32,000 nt of DNA from Xenorhabdus doucetiae (GCF_000968195.1 NZ_FO704550.1:3428760-3460759), one strand, 5' to 3'; positions 15,345 to 28,354 are shown, counted from the first letter of the stretch. The notes: generated by a model not told the origin, from the letters alone. Numbers and translations are program-made.

Positions 15345-16328
15345 ATGGCAAAACACATTGAATTTTCGGCTACAGGCAGTCCAGAAGTACTCCGATATTG
15401 TGAATTTACACCTGCTGCCCCTGCACCTGATGAAGTCCAAGTCGAAAACAAAGCTATCGGCATTAATTATATCGATACCTACATACGCAGTGGTTTATAT
15501 CCGCCGGCCAATCTGCCTACTGGGTTGGGAACAGAAGCCGCGGGAGTTGTTACTCAAGTTGGATCAAAAGTGACGTCCATTAAAGTCGGTGATCGTGTGG
15601 TTTATGCCCAGTCTGCCTCAGGGGCTTACAGTGAAATACATAACGTTCCTGAAAGCAAATTAGCCTTGTTGCCTGATGAGATCTCATTCGAACAAGCGGC
15701 TGCGTCATTTTTAAAAGGTTTAACCGTTTATTATCTGTTCAATCTGACCTATAAGATCCAGCCAGGAGAAACTATTCTGTTCCATGCTGCTGCCGGTGGC
15801 GTTGGTTTAATTGCCTGCCAATGGGCAAAATCACTGGGTGCAAAGTTGATTGGAACGGTCGGCTCAGACGAAAAAGCCGCGCTTGCCAAAGCAGCGGGAG
15901 CGTGGCAAACCATCAACTATCGTCGCGAGAATATTGTAGAACGTGTCTTAACGTTTACTGGCGGGGAAAAAGTCGGCGTTGTCTATGATTCTGTCGGCCA
16001 GGAGACATGGCTCGATTCACTCGATTGCCTGAAACGCCAAGGTTTGATGGTCAGTTTCGGTAACGCATCGGGGCCGGTCACAGGGGTAAATTTAGGTATT
16101 CTCAATCAAAAAGGTTCACTGTTTCTCACCCGCCCTTCTCTTAACGGCTATATCACCAGCCGCGAAGAGTTGGCAGAAGCCAGCAAGGCACTGTTTGATT
16201 TAATTGCCAGCGGCAAAATCAATGTGGATGTACCGGAGGATCAGAAGTTTCCATTGAGCGAAGCGGTAAGAGCACACCAGACACTGGAAAGCCGTGCTAC
16301 TCACGGTTCCAGCTTATTAATTCCATAA
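15345..16328 (+). CDS. qor: NADPH:quinone oxidoreductase
   Basis: MAKHIEFSATGSPEVLRYCEFTPA...VENKAIGINYIDTYIRSGLYPP..LP.GLGTEAAG is close to E. coli Qor along its whole length. Confidence 0.9.
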   Translation: MAKHIEFSATGSPEVLRYCEFTPAAPAPDEVQVENKAIGINYIDTYIRSGLYPPANLPTGLGTEAAGVVTQVGSKVTSIKVGDRVVYAQSASGAYSEIHNVPESKLALLPDEISFEQAAASFLKGLTVYYLFNLTYKIQPGETILFHAAAGGVGLIACQWAKSLGAKLIGTVGSDEKAALAKAAGAWQTINYRRENIVERVLTFTGGEKVGVVYDSVGQETWLDSLDCLKRQGLMVSFGNASGPVTGVNLGILNQKGSLFLTRPSLNGYITSREELAEASKALFDLIASGKINVDVPEDQKFPLSEAVRAHQTLESRATHGSSLLIP

Positions 16329-16342
16329 AATATCTGGGCGGA

Positions 16343-17371
16343 TTACATCCGCTCTGTCACCATTTCCAGCGCGTTTTCAATCACCCTAATATCAGCGCCC
16401 GGTTTGTGGGCGTTTTCGCTCAAATGGCGACGCCACTGACGTGCCCCCGGAATTCCCTGAAAAATACCCAAAATATGGCGGGTGATATGCCCTAAATAAG
16501 TGCCTTTTGACAACTCTTGTTCAATATAAGGATAAAGCGCCTTAACCGCATCGACCGTATTGGTCACAGGAACGGTTTGGTTAAACAATTCACGATCCAC
16601 AAGTGCCAGAAGAGAGGGATTTTGGTAGGCTTCCCGCCCAATCATTACGCCATCGACATATTGCAAATGCTGTTTCGCTTCTTCCAACGATTTAATGCCG
16701 CCATTAATTGAAAGCGTCAGTTGTGGGAAATCGTGTTTCAATTGATAGACGCGCGGGTAATCCAAAGGCGGAATTTCGCGGTTTTCTTTTGGGCTTAAAC
16801 CCGACAACCACGCTTTACGCGCATGAATAATAAAGTTATCGCAATCACTATTTTTCACGACAGTGGCAATAAAATCACACAGAAACTCGTAGCTATCCTG
16901 TTGATCAATTCCGATGCGGGTTTTAACGGTAACAGGGATATCCACAACATCTTGCATTGCTTTGACACAATCGGCTACCAGCGCCGCTTCTCCCATCAGG
17001 CAAGCCCCAAAACGGCCATTTTGCACACGATCAGAAGGACAACCGACATTCAGATTGATTTCATCGTAACCCCTTTCCTGCGCGATCTTGGCACACTGCG
17101 CCAATGCCTGCGGATCACTGCCCCCTAATTGCAGCGCCAACGGATGCTCTTGCTCGTTATAGGCCAGATAATCCCCTTTACCATGAATAATCGCGCCCGT
17201 TGTGACCATTTCGGTATAAAGCAGCGCTTCCTTGCTTAATAGGCGATGGAAATAACGGCAGTGACGGTCAGTCCAGTCGAGCATGGGCGCAACGGAGAAG
17301 CGGGAAGGTTTGAATTTATGGGCTTTTCCGTTGATTTCAGGCATATTTTTTGATTTTTTATGTTCGTGCAT
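16343..17371 (-). CDS. dusA: tRNA-dihydrouridine(20/20a) synthase DusA
   Basis: ...[23 protein letters not shown]...[21 protein letters not shown]...[20 protein letters not shown]... is near-identical in its motifs to E. coli DusA. The exact start is uncertain (alternative Met at 17344). Confidence 0.9.
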   Translation of the reverse strand: MHEHKKSKNMPEINGKAHKFKPSRFSVAPMLDWTDRHCRYFHRLLSKEALLYTEMVTTGAIIHGKGDYLAYNEQEHPLALQLGGSDPQALAQCAKIAQERGYDEINLNVGCPSDRVQNGRFGACLMGEAALVADCVKAMQDVVDIPVTVKTRIGIDQQDSYEFLCDFIATVVKNSDCDNFIIHARKAWLSGLSPKENREIPPLDYPRVYQLKHDFPQLTLSINGGIKSLEEAKQHLQYVDGVMIGREAYQNPSLLALVDRELFNQTVPVTNTVDAVKALYPYIEQELSKGTYLGHITRHILGIFQGIPGARQWRRHLSENAHKPGADIRVIENALEMVTERM

Positions 17372-17593
17372 TTGGGGTCTGTTTTTGCTTTTTCAGTACA
17401 CCAGATAGAAGGTGTTTCAGGATACCAGGGGTTACGTGGAGCGGCGCAGTATACCATAGCCGAATGTTCAGACACAAAATCAATGCCAGTCAGACAATGA
17501 GACAATACAGCTTTTCTCTGATAACGACTTTTCTATATCCCAAAAATATATTTAATTGATCTGATAAAATTAAATTTATTTTAAAACATAAAA

Positions 17594-18739
17594 TTAGTGC
17601 AATACACGAATCTCAGTATGGCTATCATCATTCAGCATGTCTTCGTTTTGCTGGCTTTCCATCTGATCCCGTAAAATGGAATTAACGGCATCAGCAAAGC
17701 CATCTTTCATATATTGCTCCATCGGTATTCCTTTCGGTTCTGGCCAAGGGAGTTGAGCAATCGGCCAATCACAATAGGCCTTATAAAAGCGGAACTCTTT
17801 CAGACGTTTTTTCGCCCTATCAAAATCCCGGCTCCAATAGGCATTACCTAACCGATAATTCGTGTAAAACTCATCAAAGCTGCCGAAAATTTCATAAACA
17901 TAATCGGCGGTTTTAAGTATATTTTTCCACGCCGTTTCTTCACTAATATAACCCGCAGCAAAACAGTTACGGCTCAATACAATCGCTCGCCAGAGATCAA
18001 ATCCCCAAAGTAACGCCGGCGACCGACCCGCAATGGAACGAGAACATTGCTGGACATATTCGGGAGATTCTTCTATCAAACTGCCAAGCACTTTAAACAT
18101 TTCTCCATCCGTGAAAACCGCATCAATTGCAAAACGTTCTGAATGCATTCCTGCCCACAATTCATGCAGTATTTTTATATATCCATTTTCATCAAGAATT
18201 CCCCAATCCTGATATATTTGTGATTGATGAGGCTCAGGATCAGATAAAGGCAGAAAATGATATTTCTCATTATATTGAGAGACGCGACTTTCAAGCGGAT
18301 AATGTTCCAATGTTTCTGCCCAAAATCCATCGTAATAAATCCCGACAATATGCAGCCGTAATGCCTGACGCTTTTCTTCCGGTAAGACCGATAATCCGGC
18401 CTGCATGTAGTAACGTTTCTGTTCGGCGGCGGGAAGGTTTTTGATGCGAAGAAAAGTATAAACAGAAAGGAATATGCCCAATAAGCTAAAACCAATCAAT
18501 ATCGCTGACAGTCTATAACCCGCTGATGGTATGTTATTAGTATCAATGGTCAATCCGGTGATACCTGTTGATAATGCAATCAACAAAATGGTTGTAATCC
18601 AAAGAACGCCTAAGCCAATCGCCTGAATGGGGCTAAGAAAATTTATCTTTCTTTTTTTCAGGATAGCCTCTTTCACTATCCGAAAACTGTTAACCGGAAA
18701 CGCTCTATTATTAGGATGGTTTTGCAATAACTCTTTCAT
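17594..18739 (-). CDS. Inner-membrane protein with two TM helices and a C-terminal DUF1266-like domain
   Basis: There are TM segments at about residues 36-60 and 76-98. The C-terminal ...LWGFDLWRAIVLSRNCFAAGYISEETAWKNIL...SFDEFYTNYRLGNAYWS resembles the DUF1266 signature (WD..R...L.R....GYI.EEEAW). The family call is from memory. Confidence 0.6.
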   Translation of the reverse strand: MKELLQNHPNNRAFPVNSFRIVKEAILKKRKINFLSPIQAIGLGVLWITTILLIALSTGITGLTIDTNNIPSAGYRLSAILIGFSLLGIFLSVYTFLRIKNLPAAEQKRYYMQAGLSVLPEEKRQALRLHIVGIYYDGFWAETLEHYPLESRVSQYNEKYHFLPLSDPEPHQSQIYQDWGILDENGYIKILHELWAGMHSERFAIDAVFTDGEMFKVLGSLIEESPEYVQQCSRSIAGRSPALLWGFDLWRAIVLSRNCFAAGYISEETAWKNILKTADYVYEIFGSFDEFYTNYRLGNAYWSRDFDRAKKRLKEFRFYKAYCDWPIAQLPWPEPKGIPMEQYMKDGFADAVNSILRDQMESQQNEDMLNDDSHTEIRVLH

Positions 18740-19066
18740 TTTTAATCCATTAATTAAGTGAATTGTATTTTAAGGATCGTTATATACTGAAATGTCTTAC
18801 TTCCTAAGTGTAACTATTAAAATAAATGGTCATTGGTTAAACGAAACCTTCATCTATTATCCAATATTTCCAGTTTTATTTTCTCCGTTTTTCAGCCTAT
18901 TTTATCGTTCTTATCCGCGGATTAATTTTTATAACTGAATCCCTCCAACAACAGGCTCATCTGATAGTGACCAAAATGGGGCTGCGCATTGTGTGGGACT
19001 CCACTCTCAGACTCAAAAACATGATAACATTAAAGGTATTGGCATCGTGTCGGTGTGAGAGGTGTA

Positions 19067-19579
19067 ATGAAAACTATCAATCAAAAAAAGTTACTGGCAC
19101 AGGCTGAAGCAATCTGCCTGTCAAGAGGGGTTCGTTTGACACCTCAACGCCTTGAAATTCTTCGTCTAATCACTCAACAGCCCGGCGCGATAAGCGCTTA
19201 TGATTTGCTGGATTTGTTGCGTGAAGTCGAACCACAAGCCAAGCCCCCAACGGTTTATCGTGGGTTAGAGTTTTTGCTGGAACAAGGTTTTATTCACAAA
19301 ATAGAATCCACAAACAGTTATGTGATTTGCCATCATTTCGAACAACCTTGCCATACTTCGGCGATGTTTATCTGTGAATTTTGTGGTTCAGTGACCGAAA
19401 AGGAGGCGAAAGATATTGAATCCGCCATTCAACAGTTAGCACAAGGCACCGGGTTTCATTTGCGAAATAGTGTGATAGAAATTCATGGCCTGTGTTTTTC
19501 CTGCCATGAGATTGAAGCCTGCACCGAGCACGATACCTGCCAGCATAATCATTCGGTTGAAGAGAATAAAAAGAGATAA
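19067..19579 (+). CDS. zur: Zinc uptake regulator Zur (Fur family)
   Basis: ...RLTPQRLEILRLI...ISAYDLLDLLRE.EPQAKPPTVYR.L.FLLEQGFIHK.ES.N.Y..C...C...FICE.CG matches Zur. The ATG at 19067 has a GAGG SD, whereas the ORF track opens at a GTG at 19055. Confidence 0.9.
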   Translation: MKTINQKKLLAQAEAICLSRGVRLTPQRLEILRLITQQPGAISAYDLLDLLREVEPQAKPPTVYRGLEFLLEQGFIHKIESTNSYVICHHFEQPCHTSAMFICEFCGSVTEKEAKDIESAIQQLAQGTGFHLRNSVIEIHGLCFSCHEIEACTEHDTCQHNHSVEENKKR

Positions 19580-19704
19580 GAAAAAACGCTTGAGGCCGGA
19601 TTAAGCAATGAGGCGGTCATCGCTGATATCATCATCTATTTTTCAAGTTCCCGCTGAACTTAAGTTTAACGGGTACTGAGAAAAATGACCGCCACAGAGT
19701 AGGA

Positions 19705-20322
19705 TCAGAACCAGTCTCCGTTACGGATAACGCCTACGGCTAATCCTTCAATCGTGAAATTCTGCTCACTCAAATCAACAACAATAGGTTTAAATTCCGG
19801 ATTCTCAGCGATCAGTTCAATGGTGTTTCCTGTTTGTTTGAAGCGTTTTACTGTCACTTCATCTTCAATGCGCGCCACAATGACTTGCCCATTATGAACA
19901 TCCTGTGTCTTGTGCACAGCCAGTAAATCCCCGTCCATAATACCAATGTCTTTCATGGACATCCCACTGACACGCAACAGAAAATCAGCGCTTGGTTTGA
20001 ATAATTCAGGATCAACCTTATAGTGACTTTCGATGTGTTCCTGAGCCAGTAGTGGTTCCCCGGCAGCAACACGACCGATCAGCGGCAATCCCGCCCCATT
20101 ATCTTCCTGTTCGAGCAGCAAACGGATACCTCTGGATGCACCAGCGATAATCTCTATCACCCCTTTACGCGCAAGTGCCTTTAAATGCTCTTCCGCTGCG
20201 TTAGGTGAACGAAAACCAAGACGTGCAGCAATTTCAGCACGTGTTGGTGGCATACCCGTTTGCGAAATATGGTCACGCACCAAGTCGTAAACTTGCTGCT
20301 GCCTGGCAGTTAATGCTTTCAT
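19705..20322 (-). CDS. lexA: SOS repressor LexA
   Basis: [65 protein letters not shown]... is essentially E. coli LexA. Confidence 0.97.
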   Translation of the reverse strand: MKALTARQQQVYDLVRDHISQTGMPPTRAEIAARLGFRSPNAAEEHLKALARKGVIEIIAGASRGIRLLLEQEDNGAGLPLIGRVAAGEPLLAQEHIESHYKVDPELFKPSADFLLRVSGMSMKDIGIMDGDLLAVHKTQDVHNGQVIVARIEDEVTVKRFKQTGNTIELIAENPEFKPIVVDLSEQNFTIEGLAVGVIRNGDWF

Positions 20323-20330
20323 TTCGCCCC

Positions 20331-20367
20331 CTGTTTGTTTATACAGCCAAACTGGGAGTATATACAG
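20331..20367 (-). promoter_or_regulatory. Two LexA (SOS) boxes upstream of lexA
   Basis: CTG-N10-CAG occurs at 20331..20346 (ctgtttgtttatacag) and at 20352..20367 (ctgggagtatatacag). On the minus strand the proximal box runs straight into CAGGGGGCGAAATG, the same layout as the E. coli lexA promoter. Confidence 0.85.
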
Positions 20368-20441
20368 GTAAATTCGAATTGGGAACCTGTTAGCATGTAA
20401 AAGCAGCTAAATAACGTATTTTGATGAAAATACACGCTGCT

Positions 20442-20813
20442 TCAGTGCATAAAATGCGACCAAAAGATCATTCCCCAAGTAAACAGCGCCAGAAGAATAG
20501 CAAGCAATACAGCCGCTGATCCCATATCTTTCGCCCGTCCCGATAATTCATGATATTCACTACCGATACGATCCACCACGGCTTCGATGGCACTATTCAG
20601 GATTTCGACAATGACGACCAGCATAATAGAGCCAATAAGCAGGAGTCTCTCAAACAAGCCAAAATCGAAGGCAAATGCAATGATAACCGCAAGTATGGCA
20701 ACAATGGCTTCCTGCCGAAATGCCGCTTCATTTTGCCATGCAGCCTTAATGCCTTTCGCCGAATACTTAGCCGCTTTAATGATGCGGATTAAACCTGTTG
20801 CTTGATTTGCCAT
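20442..20813 (-). CDS. dgkA: Diacylglycerol kinase
   Basis: The 123-aa sequence MANQATGLIRIIKAAKYSAKGIKAAWQNEAAFRQE... plus three TM segments matches E. coli DgkA. Confidence 0.92.
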   Translation of the reverse strand: MANQATGLIRIIKAAKYSAKGIKAAWQNEAAFRQEAIVAILAVIIAFAFDFGLFERLLLIGSIMLVVIVEILNSAIEAVVDRIGSEYHELSGRAKDMGSAAVLLAILLALFTWGMIFWSHFMH

Positions 20814-20950
20814 AAAAATTTTCTTTAATGAACTTGATCATTGTATGGTTATATAACTTTTAGCTCTTATTATTGTCTTATTTCCACAGATCTCAAAATC
20901 TGTTTCTGGTATCCTTGCGACGCATTGCTAACAAGAGGCTTAAAGCAGTT

Positions 20951-23419
20951 ATGTCAGGTTGGCGTAAAATATATTATAAGTTGTTGAATTTACCACTAAA
21001 ATTTTTAGTAAAAAGTAAACTAATCCCTACGGACCCCATTGCGGAGCTGCGTCTTGATACGACCCGGCCTATTTTGTACGTACTGCCGTACCACTCAAAA
21101 ACAGACTTATTGACCCTGCGTCAACAATGTCTGGCGCAAGATTTGTCTGATCCACTGGAGCCTTTGGAGATCGGTGACACACAGCTTCCCAGTTATGTCT
21201 TTATCGATAACGGCCCACGTGTGTTCCGTTGTTATGCGCCAAAGCATGAATCGGTGAAAATTTTTCACTCCTATCTGGATTTGCATCGCAATAATCCCGA
21301 TCTGAATATCCAGATGGTGCCGGTTTCCGTCATGTTTGGCCGCTCTCCGGGGCGTGAAGGACAAGAAGGAAATACAGCGCCACAATTACGTTTGCTTAAT
21401 GGCGTACAGAAACTTTTTGCGATCCTATGGCTTGGACGGGATAGTTTTGTGCGTTTTTCCACCCCCGTGTCTTTACGCCATATGGCCGATGAACATGGTA
21501 CGGATAATATTATCGCCAATAAACTTGCCCGTGTGGCGCGGATGCACTATTCCCGCCAGCGTCTTGCGGCGGTTGGGCCTCGTTTGCCGCTCAGGCAGGA
21601 TCTGTTCAACAAGTTACTGGCCTCAAAAGCCATAGAAAAAGCGATTGCTGATGAAGCCCGTGGCAAGAAAATCTCGCCCGAAAAGGCAAAACAGAATGCT
21701 ATCAATATGTTGGAAGAGATTGCGGCTGATTTTTCCTATGAAACAGTCCGCTTGACCGACCGCGTTTTAAGTTGGACGTGGAACCGGCTGTACCAAGGCA
21801 TTGATGTGCATAATGCCGAACGGGTTCGCCAATTGGCACAGGATGGTCATGAGCTGGTTTATGTTCCCTGCCATCGCAGCCATATGGACTACCTGCTGCT
21901 CTCGTATGTGCTCTATCACCAAGGGCTGGTTCCACCGCATATTGCAGCAGGCATTAACCTGAATTTCTGGCCGGCTGGCCCGATATTCCGTCGTCTTGGT
22001 GCGTTCTTTATTCGCCGTACCTTTAAAGGCAATAAACTCTATTCAACGATCTTTCGTGAATATCTCGGTGAATTGTTTGCCCGTGGCTATTCGGTTGAAT
22101 ACTTTGTCGAAGGGGGACGCTCCCGTACCGGTCGTTTGCTCGATCCCAAAACAGGTACGCTCTCCATGACCTTGCAAGCGATGCTGCGCGGGGAATCTCG
22201 CCCCATCACGATTGTGCCGATCTATATCGGTTATGAACATGTCATGGAAGTGGCGACTTACGCCAAAGAGCTGCGCGGTGCAACCAAAGAAAAAGAAGGC
22301 TTTTTCCAGATGGTGCGAGGGCTGCGCAAGTTACGTAATCTCGGACAGGGTTACGTGAATTTTGGTGAGCCGATCCCGTTGGTACAATACCTGAACCAGC
22401 ATGTTCCAGAGTGGCGTGACTCGATTGACCCAATAGAATCTCAGCGTCCAACCTGGCTGGCGCCAACCGTCGGTAAGCTGTCTCGCAATATTATGGTCAA
22501 TATCAATAATGCCGCCGCAGCGAACGCGATGAATTTGTGCACCACGGCGTTGTTGTCCTCACGTCAGCGAGCACTCACTCGCGAACAGCTTATTGAGCAG
22601 TTGGATTGCTATCTGCAATTACTGCGTAATGTGCCTTACACTGGCGATATCACGGTGCCGAACAAAAGCGCCGAAGAATTGTTAGATCATGCTCTTCTGA
22701 TGAATAAGTTCGAGGTTGAAAAGGACAGTCTGGGCGATATTATTATCCTGCCACGCGAAAGCGCGGTATTGATGACTTATTATCGCAACAATATCCAGCA
22801 TTTATTGATCCTGCCATCCTTGATGACCAGTATTGTGATGCATCACCGCCGCATTAGTCGCAGTGAATTGCTCAGACAGGTCGCGCTGATCTATCCGCTG
22901 ATCAAGCAGGAACTTTTCATGCGTTACAGTAAGGAAACGCTGCCCGATGTCGTCAATACCTTGATTGATGAGCTGGCACGCCAAAGTCTTATCTGCAACA
23001 AAGAGCAAGGAATGCTGGTGCTGAATCCTGCACGTATTCGCCCGCTGCAATTGTTGGCGGCAGGTATCAGGGAGACGCTGCAACGTTATGCCATTACGCT
23101 TTCTTTGTTGAATGCCACCCCTGACATCAGCCGTGGTGTACTGGAAAAAGAGAGCCGGATGCTGGCACAACGTCTGTCAGTGCTGCATGGTATTAATGCG
23201 CCGGAGTTCTTTGACAAGGCCGTTTTCGCCTGCTCGGTTAATACGCTGCGCGAAGAAGGTTATATTCAAGACAAAGACGATATAATGACCACCAGCACTC
23301 AGGAACTCTATCAGGTATTAAGTGAGCTGATGTCACCTGAAATTCGCTTGACGATTGAAAGTGTCAGCATGCCACCGGAACAAAATGAACCGGTACAGGT
23401 CGCCCAAGACCAGCAATAA
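20951..23419 (+). CDS. plsB: Glycerol-3-phosphate acyltransferase
   Basis: From the ATG at 20951 it reads [29 protein letters not shown]...[14 protein letters not shown]..., which matches the E. coli PlsB N-terminus. The HRSHMDY acyltransferase motif is present. The ORF track opens 78 nt upstream. Confidence 0.95.
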   Translation: MSGWRKIYYKLLNLPLKFLVKSKLIPTDPIAELRLDTTRPILYVLPYHSKTDLLTLRQQCLAQDLSDPLEPLEIGDTQLPSYVFIDNGPRVFRCYAPKHESVKIFHSYLDLHRNNPDLNIQMVPVSVMFGRSPGREGQEGNTAPQLRLLNGVQKLFAILWLGRDSFVRFSTPVSLRHMADEHGTDNIIANKLARVARMHYSRQRLAAVGPRLPLRQDLFNKLLASKAIEKAIADEARGKKISPEKAKQNAINMLEEIAADFSYETVRLTDRVLSWTWNRLYQGIDVHNAERVRQLAQDGHELVYVPCHRSHMDYLLLSYVLYHQGLVPPHIAAGINLNFWPAGPIFRRLGAFFIRRTFKGNKLYSTIFREYLGELFARGYSVEYFVEGGRSRTGRLLDPKTGTLSMTLQAMLRGESRPITIVPIYIGYEHVMEVATYAKELRGATKEKEGFFQMVRGLRKLRNLGQGYVNFGEPIPLVQYLNQHVPEWRDSIDPIESQRPTWLAPTVGKLSRNIMVNINNAAAANAMNLCTTALLSSRQRALTREQLIEQLDCYLQLLRNVPYTGDITVPNKSAEELLDHALLMNKFEVEKDSLGDIIILPRESAVLMTYYRNNIQHLLILPSLMTSIVMHHRRISRSELLRQVALIYPLIKQELFMRYSKETLPDVVNTLIDELARQSLICNKEQGMLVLNPARIRPLQLLAAGIRETLQRYAITLSLLNATPDISRGVLEKESRMLAQRLSVLHGINAPEFFDKAVFACSVNTLREEGYIQDKDDIMTTSTQELYQVLSELMSPEIRLTIESVSMPPEQNEPVQVAQDQQ

Positions 23420-23424
23420 CGAGA

Positions 23425-23455
23425 CAAAAAATCAACGGGCGGATTACCGCCCGTT
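23425..23455 (-). terminator. Hairpin terminator between convergent plsB and ubiA
   Basis: aacgggcgg-atta-ccgcccgtt (23434..23455) is a perfect 9-bp stem. On the minus strand it is followed by gATTTTTTg, so it is strongest as the ubiA terminator and may also stop plsB. Confidence 0.75.
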
Positions 23456-23474
23456 ATATTAAAGCCACGTTATC

Positions 23475-24341
23475 CTAGATATAGCTGAAAAAAATACCGA
23501 GGAATAGCACGATACCGACGTAATTATTGTTCATAAATGCTTGAAAACAGGCAGAGCGTTCCCGATTTGTGATCAGTTTCTGCTGATAAATGAACAGCGC
23601 AGCCGCCAACAATACCGTCCAATAATAGATTCCCCCCAGATTCACCATCCCGCCAACGAAAACCAAAATGCCCAGCATGATGAATTGCAGAATAGCAATG
23701 ATCAGTTTATCAAAGCGCCCAAAAAGCACGGCGGTCGATTTCACTCCGATCCTTAGGTCATCGTCACGATCAACCATGGCGTACTGCGTATCATAAATCA
23801 CAGACCAGATGATATTGGTTAAGAATAATAGCCAGCATTCTAAAGGTAAGGACTCACTTACTGCGGCAAATGCCATAGGAATTGACCAGCCGTAAGCAGC
23901 ACCCAACACAACTTGTGGCAGGTGGCTGACACGCTTGACAAACGGGTAAATCCACGCCAGTGCCAAACCAACGACCGACAGTGCAATCGTCATTTTATTG
24001 AGTGTCAGTACCAGTGCAAAAGAGATGAGTACCAGTGTGGCAAACAAAATTTTGCTTTCTTTTTCGGTAATGTCGCCACTAGGCAGGGGACGGGATTTGG
24101 TCCGTTCTACATACCCATCAAATTTTCTGTCTGCAAAATCATTGATGCAGCATCCGGCAGCACGCATGAAAAACACGCCGAGTGTAAAAACTAACAAAAC
24201 GTGCAAATCCGGCAGACCTTTTGCGGCAATCCACAATGCCCAATAGGTTGGCCATAAAAGTAATAATGCACCAATGGGCTTATTGATACGCATTAAACGG
24301 CAATAAGCCCGCCATTTATTCTGCGCCATACTGACCTTCAA
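23475..24341 (-). CDS. ubiA: 4-hydroxybenzoate octaprenyltransferase
   Basis: ...[20 protein letters not shown]....[31 protein letters not shown]... matches E. coli UbiA. Confidence 0.93.
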   Translation of the reverse strand: MKVSMAQNKWRAYCRLMRINKPIGALLLLWPTYWALWIAAKGLPDLHVLLVFTLGVFFMRAAGCCINDFADRKFDGYVERTKSRPLPSGDITEKESKILFATLVLISFALVLTLNKMTIALSVVGLALAWIYPFVKRVSHLPQVVLGAAYGWSIPMAFAAVSESLPLECWLLFLTNIIWSVIYDTQYAMVDRDDDLRIGVKSTAVLFGRFDKLIIAILQFIMLGILVFVGGMVNLGGIYYWTVLLAAALFIYQQKLITNRERSACFQAFMNNNYVGIVLFLGIFFSYI

Positions 24342-24873
24342 TCTCTTTCTCCCCTTTCGTTTTATTGATCTTATATGCAGGTGATCCCGGTAGAAAAACC
24401 TCTGTAAGTAGCAGTGGCTTGCCTGACAACCTCAATAAAGAACGACGTGCCCAACGATCTCCCTGCTGGCCTATTTGAATATAATCCCGCGTTAGATTAT
24501 TACCACTAAAAAGATAACGACCAAGCGGCACAGTGCCCACATCGACCAATTTTTTATCCGGGCCGGTGAGTGTTTCCTCCGGAATAAGGGTTCGCCCCAA
24601 AAGCCACGGGACATTATCCCCATACAGGACACTTTCACGTAACCAGTATTTTCCACTTACAGGTAAGTGCTTACTTTCATCACCTAACTGTTCTAAAGTG
24701 ATAAAGCCTTCGCGAAAAGGAGCAACCGATACATGCTGGCAATGTTGTTCAAAGCGGCATGTCATTGAATCGACTTCCACCAGCCAATCTAAAACAGATG
24801 CAGGAATAAAGTCAGTCTCATCTGCCGATAACCAGTGGATGGAAGTTGGAGTTAATAGGGTGTTATCTGCCAT
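24316..24873 (-). CDS. ubiC: Chorismate pyruvate-lyase
   Basis: ...LDWL...DSMT.RFEQ....V......EGF...RYWLRE..L..D..PWL.GRT..P..TL.GP......G..PLGRYLF....LTRD.I.IG......[20 protein letters not shown] matches E. coli UbiC. It carries about 18 extra C-terminal residues that overlap the ubiA start by 26 nt. Confidence 0.88.
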   Translation of the reverse strand: MADNTLLTPTSIHWLSADETDFIPASVLDWLVEVDSMTCRFEQHCQHVSVAPFREGFITLEQLGDESKHLPVSGKYWLRESVLYGDNVPWLLGRTLIPEETLTGPDKKLVDVGTVPLGRYLFSGNNLTRDYIQIGQQGDRWARRSLLRLSGKPLLLTEVFLPGSPAYKINKTKGEKEIEGQYGAE

Positions 24874-24989
24874 ATCATTTTCCCATTGCGGGGAATCTCA
24901 ATTTCCCCGACAGCACAACGAATGGGGAGTGAGGATATCATGTTGCAGACCAATAAAATTAAAAGTGGGTAACAAATTATGTAAATTAC

Positions 24990-25028
24990 AAAAAAACTCA
25001 CCTTAATGACAGCACGTATTAAGGTGAG
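24990..25028 (-). terminator. Rho-independent terminator of pgi
   Basis: ctcaccttaat (24997..25007) and attaaggtgag (25018..25028) form a perfect 11-bp stem. On the minus strand it is followed by a run of seven T (24996..24990). It lies 29 nt after the pgi stop. Confidence 0.85.
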
Positions 25029-25056
25029 GAGAAATCAGAGAATAGAGAAGTTCAGA

Positions 25057-26715
<1,659 letters not shown>

Positions 26716-26980
26716 CTATCAACGGTCAATAAACAATAGGAATGCACAGATTGTAACGATTTAATGCTGTGATGCGTCTCCCTTTCCTTGTAATCACTGA
26801 TATTGGTCAAAATAGCCCGTGATTTCCAGCCTTAATTGTGAAGATAGGCAAAAACGATAATTTCATTTCCATCATGAAAATTATTTATGCTTCATCGTCA
26901 AATATTGACTCAGTGCACCTAACCCGATATTTCTAAAAGCCGACTCTTCGAACGATTCTCCAAATAAAAGGTTATCATCC

Positions 26981-28354
26981 ATGTGTGCTGTTTCATCTCC
27001 TGACTCGCAGTATGTTGTAGCAAAATTTGGTGGTACGAGTGTGGCAGACTTCGATGCCATGAGCCATTGCGCCGATATTATCTTGGCAAACACCAATGTC
27101 CGTGTTGTCGTTCTGTCAGCTTCCGCTGGCGTGACCAATTTGCTGGTTGCCTTGGCGGCTGGTTGCGATAGCGATAAACGGGAGAACTACCTGAAACAAA
27201 TCCGTGACATTCAATATGCCATTATTGACCGATTGAATGAAGTTAATGTGCTCCGTGAGGAAATTGATCGCCTGCTGGAAAATATTGATATGCTGTCAGA
27301 AGCCGCTTCGCTTGCCACTTCAGACGCACTGACTGATGAATTGGTTAGCCACGGTGAAGTCATGTCCACGTTATTGTTTGTGGAGTTGTTACGTCAACGC
27401 CATACCCATGCCGAATGGTTTGATATCCGCCGGATCATGCGCACCAATGATAACTTTGGGCGGGCAGAGCCAGATATGCTCCAGCTCCATACTTTGGCAA
27501 TGGAACACCTTTATTCCCGCCTGGACGATACCCTCGTCATCACCCAAGGGTTTATTGGCAGGGAAGAAAAAGGCCGTACCACGACGTTGGGGCGAGGCGG
27601 CAGTGATTATACCGCCGCCTTACTCGGTGAAGCGCTGGGTTTACAACGTGTTGATATCTGGACAGATGTACCAGGCATCTACACCACCGATCCGCGTATT
27701 GTTCCCACGGCTAAACGCATCAATAAAATTGCCTTTGATGAAGCGGCAGAAATGGCGACATTTGGCGCCAAAATTCTCCATCCTGCCACGCTGCTACCGG
27801 CTGTTCGCTGCGGCATTCCGGTCTTTGTCGGCTCCAGCAAAGATCCACAGGCAGGCGGTACAATAGTGTGTGATAAAACAGAAAATCCCCCGCTGTTTCG
27901 TGCATTAGCCTTGCGCCGCAAACAAACTTTGCTGACCCTGCATAGCCTGAAAATGCTACATGCAAGGGGCTTTCTGGCAGAAGTATTTACCCTGCTGTCG
28001 CGCCATAATATTTCGGTGGATTTGATTACCACATCCGAGGTCAGCATTGCCCTGACGCTGGATACCACAGGTTCTACCAGCACCAATGGCAGCCTGCTGA
28101 CTAATGCGCTGCTCACTGAACTTTCTACGTTATGCCGGGTGGAAGTTGAAGAAGATATGGCACTGGTGGCGATTATCGGCAATGAACTTTCACGAGCCAA
28201 AGGATTGGGAAAAGGGATTTTTGGCGTGTTGGAACCCTTTAATATTCGCATGATAAGCTGTGGCGCAAGCAGCCATAATGTCTGCCTGCTCGTTCCGGGT
28301 AAAGATGCAGAACAGGTTATTCAGACATTGCATCAGAGTTTGTTTGAGGGATGA
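26981..28354 (+). CDS. lysC: Lysine-sensitive aspartokinase III
   Basis: ...VVAKFGGTSVADFDAMSHCADIIL...NVRVVVLSASAGVTNLLVALA... matches E. coli LysC. The N-terminus is about 7 aa longer than in E. coli. Confidence 0.95.
   Translation: MCAVSSPDSQYVVAKFGGTSVADFDAMSHCADIILANTNVRVVVLSASAGVTNLLVALAAGCDSDKRENYLKQIRDIQYAIIDRLNEVNVLREEIDRLLENIDMLSEAASLATSDALTDELVSHGEVMSTLLFVELLRQRHTHAEWFDIRRIMRTNDNFGRAEPDMLQLHTLAMEHLYSRLDDTLVITQGFIGREEKGRTTTLGRGGSDYTAALLGEALGLQRVDIWTDVPGIYTTDPRIVPTAKRINKIAFDEAAEMATFGAKILHPATLLPAVRCGIPVFVGSSKDPQAGGTIVCDKTENPPLFRALALRRKQTLLTLHSLKMLHARGFLAEVFTLLSRHNISVDLITTSEVSIALTLDTTGSTSTNGSLLTNALLTELSTLCRVEVEEDMALVAIIGNELSRAKGLGKGIFGVLEPFNIRMISCGASSHNVCLLVPGKDAEQVIQTLHQSLFEG

Noticed and set aside
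15138-15573. 100-aa (minus) and 106-aa (plus) ORFs across the attR/qor promoter region.
   Set aside because: They are AT-rich, with low-complexity translations. They overlap the att repeat and the well-supported qor start, so they are most likely non-coding.
16343-17371. dusA as the integration target of the island (dusA-specific integrase family).
   Set aside because: The dusA 5' end is intact and not duplicated. The island's direct repeats lie upstream of qor, ~2 kb away from the dusA 5' end.
24888-24908. A 7-bp hairpin, cggggaa-tctcaat-ttccccg, upstream of ubiC.
   Set aside because: There is no U-tract on either strand and no known regulatory element that I can assign. It is probably incidental 5'-UTR structure.
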